A DNA stretch of 64,000 nucleotides from Minutocellus sp. GHC0000111 (taxonomy: Eukaryota). Below, piece by piece: positions 13,701-25,895 of this stretch. The stretch lies in assembly GCA_977018835.1 (NCBI GenBank), contig OZ361260.1, forward strand, positions 496,001 through 560,000, in the 5' to 3' direction. The notes beneath the pieces are model-generated. The model was not told the DNA's origin. It worked only from the letters and a program-made list of their open reading frames with translations, and searched no databases. How positions within the stretch are numbered: position 1 is the stretch's first letter; every line of letters starts with the position of its first letter. Both the position numbers and the translations under genes were made by a program.

Positions 13701-15414
13701 ACGATGAAGAATTCTACAAGTATCTGTGCAAGACATATGGTGCCGACCTTCGCGATCACATTTTCTTCTTTGTTGACAATCGGAACGTCATCGGCAAGGA
13801 CATACCCTTCCAACTGATCTACCAGAAGCACTACGGCCGGGCCCTCTTTACCAAGAGCGTTGTGATCGCTCACGATGTTGACGATTTCAGCAAGATTTGG
13901 CAGGCCATGGGCCGCTCGAGGACGATGAATCAGACTGAATTCAGCATCTACAAGAGCGATATCCCGAGCGAGCTGCTGCAGCAGATGGGCGATGGAGGGG
14001 CGCAGGACATCAAGGCCCTTGATTTGACTCGCCTGCTCTACGTGTCAAATTGCGACCGGAAGATGGCAGGCAATATCTCATCCATCTACCTCTCCCTGAT
14101 TGCACTCTACAATCTCGCCAGGGAGAACTTTTACTATTCCGATAAGATTGTGAATGTCTTTTTGGATAAGATGGATGGTACCATCACGAACAAGGTTGTG
14201 GGACACGAGAATGAGCTTGTTCACGAAGTGCTTGGTAGATCTGTACAGGCCGGAATTCTGCAGCATATCCTTTCCGATAAGTTCAGTAAAAGCCCCGAGG
14301 CGACCGTGTCGGAGGAAAGTCTCGACCGCGAGAAGCTCGAGCTTCTCCTTCGGCAGATTGTGCAACAAAAGTACGAACAACGGTCGCGATCGGGAGACAT
14401 CTTTGACGATCTCATCCTCTTTTTATCGGGTGAACAAAAGAGTTTGATGGAGATTAGCTACACCAAGCAGCACCAAAAGCAGAAGCAAAAACAACAGAAC
14501 AAGAACCAGGACAGCGATGCCATGGGACTTTTTGACGAAAGACATCGTTTCAGCATCAAGCTATCTAGCTCGTCGTATTTTGAAGATTCTCGAGAAGGCC
14601 TTGAAGATCAAACCAAAAGCATGCTGCTATTGGTGAGAAGCGCCAAGCCATCAACGTGTACCCCACAATGCAGTTTCTGTACTCGCACCACATCCGCCAA
14701 GAGTACATTGACGACAAAGTCAGGGGAATTATTCATGCGAAGCGATCGTTTGACGAGTACTACGATGATTTCATCTTGAGTGCGAGGCAAATGAAGCAAG
14801 ACCTTGAGCAAGAGCAGGCATTAAGTAATAGCACAGCAGGTGGTTCCAACGGACATAATTCCATCCAGGATAGCATTCAAGTCAATATCAACCACGTCCG
14901 ACAAAATCCCCAGTATACCATCGCCGCGATCGAGCCTGGAATTTACGTGATTGGCATGAAGGACCAATTCAACAGCTTTGATCTTCGCATGCAACGGTTG
15001 AGGAAGGATGTCCACTACATCGTTGACGAGATGGGTTTCGTACTATTTGATAGAACGGCCAGTCAAAGCGTTGACGAATTTGGCCCCTACTACATCGAGC
15101 AATACATCATTATGGAGCTACTGTCCAAGCACGAGGTGGCGCAGAATGTGCTGGATTACTACCGCGACCACAAGGAGACCCTTCAGCGCGGTCTCAACTC
15201 CTACGACGAGAAGCAGGGCAAGGGTTTTGTTTGCTGGCGTTTCCTCATCAACGAAACGGCCAAGGCAATGGCTGCTGCCGCAGCAGCGGCTGAAGCTTCC
15301 AATGGTGCCGATGCCGCTCCTAGCAGAGGTGCTTCGCCGGGTGCGCGAGAAGACGAAAGGCAGAACGATAGCGACATGGAAAGCGTCAGCAAGAAGATAC
15401 GAAAGGAGCTTTGA
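7791..15414 (+). CDS. Very large (~2350 aa) protein: N-terminal cysteine-protease-like domain plus SF2-like P-loop ATPase (DUF3638-like); exons 7791-8611, 8720-10500, 10642-11000, 11138-13122, 13272-15414; frame breaks at ~12068 and ~14632
   Basis: Four GT-AG introns join the ORFs in frame. Motifs: SEVGTGKT (I), IVLVPEHL (Ia), VADEVDD (II), GFTGT (III), QAMGRSR (VI); N-terminal AHF...YDP...QLTGNTC. Two junctions need a frameshift or an implausibly short intron. Confidence 0.75.
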
Positions 15415-15585
15415 GAGTATTAGATTCGAGCCAGTCTTCTTCTTTTGGCACTGCAGATGGTGCAGAATAGCTACTAGTAATATATCAAGTACTTTCTTGT
15501 ACAATCAATTTCTGCGATACATTTCATCTACCATTGCTACGTAGTAGTACAGTAGAGCTAGCTAGCATAATCAATTTTACGTTCA

Positions 15586-16803
15586 CTACTCGTACTCATC
15601 CTCGTCCTCCAAATCGGATTGCGAAAGGACGTCGGTGGCTTTGACCCTCTCGATCTCTCCATTGTCGAATTCCACCTCATACACCACCCCACCGGCTGCG
15701 CCGTCTTCTCCCACGTCCAGCACGTCGACGTCCTTGATGATGGCAGCGTACTTGTTCCCGTCCGTCCACTTGACGAGAACATCTTCTCCCACCTCCTTTG
15801 GCTTGAAGGAGGAGGACGAAGCGGACGTCGCCGCCGAGGAGGAGGCAGCTCTACTTGCTCTACTACTCGCTGTTCTACCGGCAGTTGGAGCGCCACCACT
15901 GTTCTTCTTACTGCTGCCAGAGGAAGCAGAAGGTCGAGATCTTCCAGTCCCCACCGGCCTTGGCTGCGATCGACCTGCCCTGGCTCCCGGGAAGGCTGTG
16001 GATGATGTCGTCGTCGATGATTTTGCTTGACCGGTACTCCCACCTTTGGCCTTGCTTCCTGGTCCGTGGAGAGGAGGCGCTGGAGGAGGAGGGGTAACGG
16101 AGGAGATGGTAGCAGTAGCAGGCTTGGCCTGGTTGAGGGCCTTGAGGAAGCTGAGCGCAGCCTCCGGCGGGGCATCGCCTTCGTCGGCATGTGCGTGACC
16201 ATGGGCATGCTGCTGCTGGTGTTGGTGCATCATCCTCTGTCGCTTCGCCGGCGGTCCGCCCACCCCATGCCCATGCCCACCTGTGAGGCTGCCCTTTCTC
16301 TGCTGGCTGTGCGGTGCCCCCTTGGCGCTGCCGGCGGCCTTGGCCGCGGCGGCCACCGCCGCCATGGACGACCTGGCGCGAGGCACCTGCTGCTTCTGCC
16401 CCCCTCCAACGCCTGCCGGGGTGCCGCCCATACCGCCTGGAGACGTCGAAGGATAGTCGAGGCCGCGCTTCCCGTGCATCCCGCCGCCGCCGCCACCTGC
16501 ATTCGACTGCTCTTTCCTCCCAATGACGTCGGCCGCCGACTTGACCCGCCGGTACATTCCCAGTAGCTTGTCGCCTGCGCCGTTGTCGCCACCATTAGGA
16601 CTGCCTTGGCCGCTGCCTGGCTTAGAATAACTGCCGAGGAGAAGGCGGCACGCATCCCGCATGGTGTCAGGACGGAGGACGGCACATGCCGCGCGGTACT
16701 GCTCGGCCGTTACTACCTGTGCTGTGCCACGGGGCGCTCTACCACCGCCCGAAGCTGCTGCCGAATGCTGCTGGCGTCTCTTGGGTGATGCCGCCGATGC
16801 CAT
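15586..16803 (-). CDS. Low-complexity, probably nuclear protein with C-terminal Tudor-like domain (405 aa from MASAASP)
   Basis: C-terminal VGEDVLVKWTDGNKYAAIIKDV...YEVEFDNGEIERVK matches the Tudor pattern; NLS-like PPAKRQR. Confidence 0.75.
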   Translation of the reverse strand: MASAASPKRRQQHSAAASGGGRAPRGTAQVVTAEQYRAACAVLRPDTMRDACRLLLGSYSKPGSGQGSPNGGDNGAGDKLLGMYRRVKSAADVIGRKEQSNAGGGGGGMHGKRGLDYPSTSPGGMGGTPAGVGGGQKQQVPRARSSMAAVAAAAKAAGSAKGAPHSQQRKGSLTGGHGHGVGGPPAKRQRMMHQHQQQHAHGHAHADEGDAPPEAALSFLKALNQAKPATATISSVTPPPPAPPLHGPGSKAKGGSTGQAKSSTTTSSTAFPGARAGRSQPRPVGTGRSRPSASSGSSKKNSGGAPTAGRTASSRASRAASSSAATSASSSSFKPKEVGEDVLVKWTDGNKYAAIIKDVDVLDVGEDGAAGGVVYEVEFDNGEIERVKATDVLSQSDLEDEDEYE

Positions 16804-17136
16804 TGCCGAAGTCGAAGCACGCCTGACGTGGCTGTTCGGCCATAGCCGAAAAATGAAGACGCTTGCAGCGGCATCGGCAGCTTTTTCTGAAATGCGCAAA
16901 AATGACGCAGAAAAATCCTTGAGCGGCTGCCGGCCAGACCGAGCGCTTTTCACTCCTCGCGCTCTCAATTCATTTTTCCCGAGAAAGGTACCACGTCACG
17001 CCACATCTCGTGCCGTGTTCTTTCTTCAAGCGAGGCGAAGAAGGCGCACCGCACCCGGCCATCTCCACTGCTACCACGCCCACAGCTGGTAGTCAGCGAG
17101 GTAGAATTAGTACACTACTGGCTTAGTCGATTCGGC

Positions 17137-20100
17137 ATGGTGTCGTTCGACAAGCAGGACGACGAGGCGCCGCCGCCGGAGGCACCGGCGCCATCGGCTT
17201 CTTCAACTTCTGCCACCATGGCCTCCCCGCAAGCCGGCCGTCCGGACCATCTCAAGTCCCTCATCCAGAGGAATCAGTCCACCCGGGCCGGGAAGATGGC
17301 ATTCGCGTCGGCCATCCTGGAGGGCATCGACGAGGAAAGCGGGAGCGATGACGAGGAGAAGGCCCAGCAGCCAACGGCGCAGGCCTCGGAAGTTTCCACA
17401 ACCACCGCTGGCAGCAGCCGACCAAAGCGCGGGGCCGGCCTCACCCCCGCCCAGCAGCGCGTATCCCGCCGCATGTCGCAGTACACCCAGCGCCAGTCGG
17501 TGTACCAGGCCCAGGCCCCCGAGCGGCTCGTCGAGGTCCGCCTCCGGGACGTGTCGTACCACGTCCCCGTCAAGATGGATGCCCCCTCGGTCAAGACCGT
17601 GGCCAATCAGTCCGTGTGTTATGGTGCCTTTGAGTTCTTCCGGCGGTTGCATCAGTTCTGCCAGAGGGGCAGTGGCCGTGAGGATGCCGCCCAGCAGCAG
17701 CAGCAGTGGGAGGCCAAGACCTCGTCGGACGTTGTGTCGCCCTACGGCCAAAAGGCCATCCTGCACAACATCGACCTGGTCCTCAAGCCGGGAAAGGTGT
17801 ACCTCATCCTGGGCCCTCCGTGCTGTGGCAAGACGACGCTTCTGAAATGCATCGCCGGTCTGCTCCCCGATGCCGCTGCCCACGGTGCCCAACCGAAGAA
17901 GAATCAGGCCTACCAGAGTGGCAGGGTCGAGTTCAACGGTGTGGCGACCCAGGAAAGTCATATCAAAACCAAGTTTTTTGTTTGCTTGTTTGTAGATAAT
18001 ATTTTGTGGATGTGTTGATTTGAACTCACTCACCCCACAATATACTTCCCAATCACCGACTGCTTTGTGCCATCCCTTGGACAGGACGATCCCAACATGG
18101 TCCTAGCGAACATCGTGAGCTTCGTTGGCCAACTGGACAATCACGCCCCGTACCTAACGGTCCGCGAAACGTTCGACTTTGCCTTCCAGTGCCGTACGGG
18201 TGGGAAGCACGCCAATGTCGGTGCGCTTGGTGCCGACCTCGCGGGATCGATGGACAAGGAAAACTTTACGGAAAATCTGACCATTGAGGGTCTCGATCTG
18301 TCCGTCTGCGCCGATACCTTTGTGGGCAACGACGACGTCCGTGGCGTAAGTGGCGGTCAAAGGAGGAGAGTTACCGTCGGAGAGATGATGCAGGGACAGA
18401 ACCCGTTCGCTTGTGCCGATGAGATTTCCACCGGCTTGGATGCCGCTGTCACGCGGGACATTGTGGACAACATCGTCACCTTCTCCAAGGCTGCGAAGAC
18501 GACGCGCATCATCTCCCTCCTCCAACCTGGACCGGAAACCTTTAGTTTGTTCGATGAGGTCATTGTCCTATCGGAGGGCCATGTCATTTACACCGGACCT
18601 ATTGAGGAGGCCGGCCCTTACTTTGCCGGCCTTGGCTACAAGCAGCCAGCGACTATGGACGTGGCCGATTTCCTCCAGTCGATTCCCACCCCTGATGGCA
18701 ACTTGTTGTTTGACAGCTCTACCAGTCCTGCCGATGAACATTATACGTCGGAAGGATTCGCCAAGGCGTTCAAGGAGAGCGAACAGTACAAAAAAATGGT
18801 CGCCGAGCTGGATTCAATTAGCCCACATGCATGGACGTCCAACGAAGGAGGTACCGGCGATGAGGAGACTGGTACAAAGAACGAAGAGGCCAAAATCAAG
18901 TCGGTGCCCGATGAATTCAAGGTTGGATATCAAAACTCGTTCTGGCGATCGACCGTTCTCAACCTCAAGCGCCATTTGACGTTGTGGAAGAGAGACAAGG
19001 GCTTCATCATTGGCAAGACGTTCGAAAACATTGGTATGGCCGTGGCGACCGGAGGCATCCTCTTTGGCCAAGGACGAGTGACCTGGTCGGCAGATTCGGA
19101 CCTTAGTGACCCAACGACGTCGGAGCAGTTTTATCGGCTCATTTCTGGTATTTACGGGGCTCATTTTATGACGACATTTCACATCCTCCTTGGAACGAGC
19201 ACTAGCGTCCCAGATGAAGTCGACGGACGTTCGATCCACTACAAGCACCATGACTCGCGTTTTTATCAGGCCGGTGCCTTCACTATCGGTCGGCTGATCT
19301 CAACTATCCCCCAGCGAAGCTTGGAAATTACCGCCTTTGGTATTCCCCTATACTTCTTCGTTGGGCTTGACCTTTCCGCGGCATCGTTCTTCATCTATCT
19401 TGCTATCCTCGTGTGCTACACCATTGCTCTTAAGATGGCATTTGGTATTCTGGCGCAGATACTACCGAAGAAGGCCAACGTGCAGGGCGTCGGAACCTTT
19501 TTGGTTTTGATTTGTACTCTATTTGGTGGCTTCATTGTCTTTCCGGCATCCGTGCCGAACTATTACACTTGGCTGTATTGGGCGAACCCAATGTCGTGGG
19601 CACTACAAGGCCTGCTGTCGAATGAGTTCACTTCATCAAAGTATGACAATGTTGGCATTCCTCCGGAAACATTCTTGGCAATTCGAGGATTTCAGCTCGG
19701 TCGTGAATGGATCGGTTACTGTTTTGCGTATATGATCCCGTTCACCCTGATCTGCGCCTTTCTCCTAACATTGGTTCTGAGAAAGGTGCGCATTGAACCC
19801 GAAAGAGCAATCATCAAGAAGAAGAACATTGCCATCGGCAGAATCAAAAAGCGAGACAAGGATGAGAACTTCAACCTTCCTTTTACTCCAGTGGATCTCA
19901 CCTTTGATAAGGTGGTCTACGAAGTAAAGGCGTCGACTGGAGATGAGAAATTGAGACTCATCAATGAAGTGAGCGGCGCTTTCATGGCCGGAAGACTGGT
20001 AGCTCTTATGGGAAGCTCTGGTGGTGAGTTATATTTTGATCATGATTTCTTATTCGGGTTGGCCTCGATGCGCCCTCGCGAACATCTCTCTTACAATTCG

Positions 20101-22117
20101 CACATTTAAACTTCCATCCACCATTGTACTTATAGCCGGGAAAACCACCTTGATGGATGTGATCGCCATGAGGAAGACGTCGGGAGAAATATCGGGAGAA
20201 ATTACTCTAAACGGGCACCCTCAGGAACGAACGTCTTTCTTGCGATGCTCTGGCTACGTAGAACAGTTTGATATCCAGCAACCAGAGCTCAACGTCAGAG
20301 AAACGGTTGAATTTTGTGCTCGCCTCCGTCTTGATGGAAGCGACCCTGCTGTGGGTGGTCTTGAAGGAAAGCTAAAATATGTTGATCACGTTCTCGAGAC
20401 CATGGAACTTACAAACATCCAAAACCTTCAGGTAGGTTCCTACGAAGAGGGTGGTTTGACATTCGAGCAGAGAAAGCGTCTTGCTATTGCCTGTGAGCTA
20501 GCTGGCTCTCCCTCTGTTCTCTTTTTAGGTAAGTGGAAAGGCTCCATTTTTCTGTTCGCGGATTGTGTTGATCCAGATAGACTACATGTTACGATACTAT
20601 CCGTATCTACAAGCACTAATCATTCTGCTATTCGCACACTTAAATCCTACAGATGAGCCTACCTCAGGGTTGGATTCTCGCGGCGCTCTCGTTGTCATGA
20701 GAGCAATGAAACGCATTGCTGACACTGGCAGAACCGTTTGCGCCACAATCCACCAACCATCAGCAGCCGTCTTTGAGGTAAATTCATGTTGTGCCTATCT
20801 TCAATATAGATGCCTTGCCACTTGCTAGCTAGAGTATCATTTATAGTCAATTGCCGCCTTTTTCTAATCCATATTCCGCGCTCTTCCCTTCTTTTACAAT
20901 TTCAATAGATGTTCGACGATCTCCTTCTACTAATGAAAGGAGGTAACACGGTCTTTTTCGGTGAACTTGGAAAGGAGAGTGCTAACCTCGTCAACTACTT
21001 TGAGGGATTGGGAGCGGATTCAATTGAATACGGAGAAAATCCAGCTGCCTGGATGCTCCGGGCATATGCAGGCGACACTGCACCACGTCAATCGGAGCAA
21101 GTCAAGAAACTACGAGATCAGATCGAAGCTGCTAATGAATCGCCCGATGACGCCAAGAAAATTCAGTACGATTCTGGCTTTGCCACACCCTACAAGGAGC
21201 AGGGTGCTCTCATGAATCGTCGAATCGTTACCATCTACAAGCGGTCGCCTGCCTACAACCTTACTCGCCTAATGATCGCGGTATTCTACTCCTTCATTAT
21301 CGGCTCTGTCTTCATAACAAAGGCTTACAAGGAGGACCAGCCTTATCTGGAAAATGATGCCGAAGGCATTCTGAGCACAATCTTTCTCTCGCTCATCATT
21401 GTTGGAGTGACTTCCATAACAATGGCTGTGCCCGTAATGAAAAAGATTCGAGATGTGTTTTACAAACATCGCGCTTCTGGAATGCTGGAACACAACTCAG
21501 TTGCCTGGGCCTTGGCTCTGGGTGAGACGCCGTATATCTGCTTGGTATCGGTCCTGTTTGGAGCAATTTATTACGCGACAGTAGGATTGTTCCAAAGCGT
21601 TAGATCTTTTGGCTTGTTTTGGGTATTCTTTACCCTCAACATCGCTACCTACAGCTACTTCGGCCAAGCTTTCATATGCCTGGTTCGCGATATTCCGACC
21701 AGCATGGCCATTGTCGGAGCTCTCATCGGTTATAACGTCTTCTTCTCTGGCTTGATCGTCAAGCCCCAGTACTTTGGATCAGTCTTCCAGCTCGGTCTTT
21801 GGACTGCCCCGGGCAGATTTGCATACGAAGGTCTTGTTATGTCTCAATTTGAAGGGAGCGATCGTGAAATTGCGGCGCAAACCAACTCGCCCTTCTATTT
21901 CTTCCTGGGCTGCGAACCTTACCAGGGCAATGGAACTGCCTTGCCGGAATCTGGGTCATGCACGGGTACCTTTGACCAGTATGTTAATTTCTTCTTTGGC
22001 GGTCTTTTTACCAAGAATAATTTCTGGCTTGATGTTGGTGTCCTCTTGGGCTACATGACCCTAGCCAGACTTTTGACTTGGTTCTCCTTGAAGAAATTCA
22101 ACTACACCAATACATGA
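17137..22117 (+). CDS. Full-size ABCG/PDR transporter; exons 17137-17952, 18085-20023, 20136-20528, 20653-20777, 20909-22117
   Basis: NBD1 [29 protein letters not shown]2 [31 protein letters not shown]; two TMDs. Introns 2-4 are canonical. The best donor for intron 1 is CAG|GAAAGT (non-canonical). Confidence 0.93.
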
Positions 22118-22177
22118 TGCAGTAACTCTGATCATAGCTCGTTTTATGTGTTATTCAGTAGCGATATATTATGTAGA

Positions 22178-23358
22178 TTAAATTTGACTTGTAGTATTTG
22201 AGTTTGGTTCCCAACCCTCAAGCCGATCCTTTTCCATACCAACTATTATTTCTTCCCATTTTTGATATGCTTCGTCTTGCTTGTCCTTGCCATCCTTGAC
22301 ATCAAGAGTCGTCACATCCAATGCTCGGGAAGCTCCAAGCGAGGAGAGTTCCGAGTCCAACCCGAAGCCAAACTGGGCAAAGTGGCGGAATTCCGAAGAT
22401 CCCAACGCAGCTATCGCCACAGATGTTCCCTTGAGTGGCTTCTCACATACCGCCTCTCCCTCGCAGTAATCAGCGTTCTCTTCTTCGTCTTCGCAACGTA
22501 GTGCCGCTAACTGCGAGAGGGAATAAAAGATCTCCCCATCCGAGGGAGGTCTACCGGACACGAACGTGGAGTAAATGAAATAAACACGACGGAATCGGGC
22601 AATATCCTGGAGGGTGGTCATCTTGACATTTCTTACCACGAAATAATCATCGCCCCCGAGAGCTTCATGGAGGCGGTAGGCAAAGCCCTTGGCAGTACCA
22701 GTTTGTGATGCAAAGACAACCATTGCCTTCATCTTTTTCTATTCTTCCGGGACATATTCGAGTGCATCCGAGGCACAGTCGAACGAGAAGCCATCGCCCA
22801 TACCGTACATACACTTGGTCCAAACTCCATCAGTAGCGTGCACCAGGACGTCGCCAAGGAGGGAACGGCGCTTTTGGATGACGGAATCAGCAAGATTCTT
22901 CACTAAAACCTCGCTCGTGCTGTCGTGACTGTCGGTTCTGCTCCTGGTCCCAGTATTACTTGATTTGCTGCCCCCAGATCCTCGAAGTGCCAGACCAGCA
23001 TCGTCCAAAGCTGCCGCTGTCTTGTCCAAGAGATCCCTCGCGTCAACCCAGGAGTGATTAAAGTCTGTGGCTTCGTCAATAAGATTCAAAGCTGTAGCGA
23101 TTCGGTCGCCTGATCGAGAAGGACTGTCTCATTAATAGGTTTCACAACAATGCCATTGGCAAATTTTGGTGTGCTCGTCGTTCCAGCGTCTGATGATGAA
23201 GGGACTGTCCCGGTTTTGCTGCCTCCTTTGGACGATGCGGACTTCTTGCTCTGAGAAGCACTCGAATTGGTGTCGTCACCAGGAACGACGGCGCCAGGCT
23301 TTGACTTTTGCTTCTTGCCTCTCAACTTGGGCAGTGATATCCTCATCCTGGACGGCAT
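22178..23358 (-). pseudogene. Flavodoxin-domain protein (flavodoxin_1/NOS-CPR-type fold) interrupted by a frameshift (~23090) and an in-frame TAG (22741-22739)
   Basis: VVFASQTGTAKGFA, STFVSGRPP and ALGSSEFRHFAQFG are FMN-binding motifs. ORFs 22739-23089 and 22178-22732 share a frame across a single TAG (EYVPEE*KKMKA). The upstream ORF abuts in another frame with no room for an intron. Confidence 0.7.
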
Positions 23359-23724
23359 GTTGCTTTTTATTTACACGTAAGTAGGGAAATGTTTGAGGTG
23401 GTATCGAGTGAGAGTACCTAGGTACGCTAGTCCTATGTAGGGTCGTCTGACCCTACTTTTGCGAGCACGCGACCAACGTCGAGTCTTTTTGAACTGCTGT
23501 CTGTTCCGCCCTTGGTTTCTGTGTGGGAGGTCGGGGCAGTTGTCATGTCACGGCACTCACGTGGCAGTTAGCAGACGCGCTTTTGACGCTTCGCGGGTTG
23601 TCACTTAGCAACTTCGCCGAATATCCGGTTCCAAACTTCGCCGAAGTGGCTTACTCGACTCACTCGACTCATCACTCCTCAATCAAGTCAAGTCATCAGA
23701 TTCAATTCCGGAAGCAGATGACGG

Positions 23725-23855
23725 AACTTTGCAACATGGATCCGATAAGGCAGAGGATAACTTTGCAACGATGGATCCGAAAAAGCAGAGGATATTAATA
23801 CGACGCCAGAGGAACTTTGCAACGATGGATCCGAAAAGGCAAAGGATACGACGCC
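23725..23855. repeat. Three copies of a ~35-bp unit AACTTTGCAAC(G)ATGGATCCGA(T/A)AA(G/A)GCA(G/A)AGGATA
   Basis: Copies start at 23725, 23759 and 23813. Copies 2 and 3 are followed by a shared ACGACGCC. Confidence 0.9.
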
Positions 23856-23914
23856 GAACCCGTTGTTGTTACATGCATTATTGTTCGGCGCCACTACATA
23901 TTGCAATTCTCACG

Positions 23915-25035
23915 ATGACGACGGCGCCCCTATCGCCACAACCTGTTGGCTTTGCCTTCGCTTTGACCATCACAACTTTCAACATGCTCGCATCCGTCCA
24001 TAGATCAATGCACAGCGATCATCCTGAAGGCCCCACAAATGGTCAAGATGATTGGAGGGAGTCCGATAGGACCGAATGGTGGAAACCTCGTGCAGAGCAG
24101 GTGGCAAGATTCGTAGCCAACGAGTTGTCCTCATCTGACGTTGTTCTACTTCAGGAATGGTGGACTCGCTCGGAGTTTGAGGATCTATTCGATTCGCACA
24201 CACGGCATTTATTCCATCGAGCATCGGAAAGGCGACCAGGCACTGCCCGTGGTGGCATGGAAAGAGAGGATGGAATGGCAGTGTTGGTCAAACGAACTGG
24301 CAAAATAAAGCTCTGTAAATCTCTGAGGGTAAAGACGGGCCCACAGCGAATCGCTCAGATTGTAACCTGCAGAGAGAAAGAGGGGGACAAGAGGCATGTC
24401 ATTATTGGGAACTCTCATCTAAGCTTTCCAGGAGGGCCATGTTCAATCGCGAATGCACGTCGGCAAGCCTACGAAGCACATTTGATAGCGAGGGCAGTTG
24501 CGAGGGGGGCCGGTCTTTATCATCGCTCGCAGAACACCAAAGTCACCTACAACTAATTGCTGGCGACTTCAACTCCAACTCATGTGCGCTGGCCGCACAA
24601 TCCCTCGAACAGAAGCACGACTTTGTAAACTGCATGTCCGCATCCGCTTTGCAGACCCTCTCGGCATCTATCGGAGGGCGAACCGAACTTGGTGTGACAC
24701 ATTTGAACCATCTTGGGCAGCAAGTAAGCGTCGATCATATCATGGCTAATTTCATTCATCAAGACGGCACATCAAGACGAAGCTGCGGCGAAGCCCTCCA
24801 AAAGATGGGTTATTTTGACAATGGAGGAACTCGGTTATTGAACTGCCGAAAGCGTAGCATACGGCTCGACGGTGACGATATTATATCAGATCATAGACCG
24901 GTGACAGCACAATTTGTCTGGCCATCACGCAGCTCTGCCGCCGCAGGAACAAAGAGACGAACGATCACCAACCAACACCCGTCCTTGGACACAAATACAA
25001 CGCTTCATTTCTTGCAATCTTATTGGGATAGTTAG
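23915..25035 (+). CDS. Endonuclease/exonuclease/phosphatase (EEP) family hydrolase, frameshifted at G6 run 24504-24509
   Basis: TTFNML, LLQE and NSHLSF lie in the first frame; GDFN, VDHI and SDHRPV lie in the second. Confidence 0.85.
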
Positions 25036-25061
25036 AATAAATATTATATACATGTATGGAC

Positions 25062-25895
25062 CTATGAATCTTTTCGTCGTTCAAATACAAAGACAAATAT
25101 ATCATCTTCTTCCTTGGCCACAGTATGCTCAAATCCGGCCTCTTTCGCGGCAGCAAGAACCATGTCCAGATCGACCTCATTCCCTTGCCTTCTACAGCAG
25201 TGAGCCATAATAAACTTTGAGTTCGGCTTGGTGCCAAGCAGTGTCTCCACTGTATCAAAAAGAGGCGAAATCACCTTCTCCACATAAATCAGATCTGATC
25301 CGAAAATAATGTCAAATGGCTCGTCAGATGCATGTCGCTTGAGAAATGTTGTGGCTGTTTCAGTCCCCCATAGCAGCTGATGGCATCGTATCGGCAGAGG
25401 ACCATTTAGCTCAATATTCGCTCGTAGCTGTAACAAGGTATCGCTATCACCATCGGTCAAATAGACGGCGCTGCTGCTCTCCTTGGAATCATCCACAAGC
25501 TTACTTGCCAATATTCCACATCTTCCGAGCCCTGAGCCCAACTCCAGAATGCGTTTGTCTTGCAACATTTTTACGTTCTCGACCAGGTAATCGCACAGGT
25601 ACTGTGAAGATCTCCAAAGTGTAAGCCCTGTCGAATTCCATATCTGCTCAGACTCTGATTCAAATCCCTTCAGCTCAATGACAATGTCCTCGCCGTCCTT
25701 TGCTGCTGGGTATGTAAAGCGATGGCACTCGGTGGGGGGAGGTAACGGCTGGTCATCCTCGTCCTGATCTACGCCCTCATCATCGTTGTACACTGCCATC
25801 GAGTTGCGTTCCCATCGAACCCAGGCATCGACCCACGTCGCCTCATCATCGGGGGTAGCAGCAGCAGCGCTACTCTTAGCATCACTGGAACTCAT
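25062..25895 (-). CDS. Class I SAM-dependent protein methyltransferase (METTL21/Methyltransf_16 family)
   Basis: STGLTLWRSS, ILELGSGLG, LTDGD, LLWG and GSDLIY motifs. Confidence 0.92.
   Translation of the reverse strand: MSSSDAKSSAAAATPDDEATWVDAWVRWERNSMAVYNDDEGVDQDEDDQPLPPPTECHRFTYPAAKDGEDIVIELKGFESESEQIWNSTGLTLWRSSQYLCDYLVENVKMLQDKRILELGSGLGRCGILASKLVDDSKESSSAVYLTDGDSDTLLQLRANIELNGPLPIRCHQLLWGTETATTFLKRHASDEPFDIIFGSDLIYVEKVISPLFDTVETLLGTKPNSKFIMAHCCRRQGNEVDLDMVLAAAKEAGFEHTVAKEEDDIFVFVFERRKDS

Noticed and set aside
21070..21100. Possible small in-frame deletion in the ABCG linker ([11 protein letters not shown])
   Set aside because: Variable region; cannot be judged without an alignment.
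23725..23855. CRISPR-like repeat array
   Set aside because: Eukaryotic context, only three degenerate units, spacers of ~0 and ~18 nt, and no cas genes.
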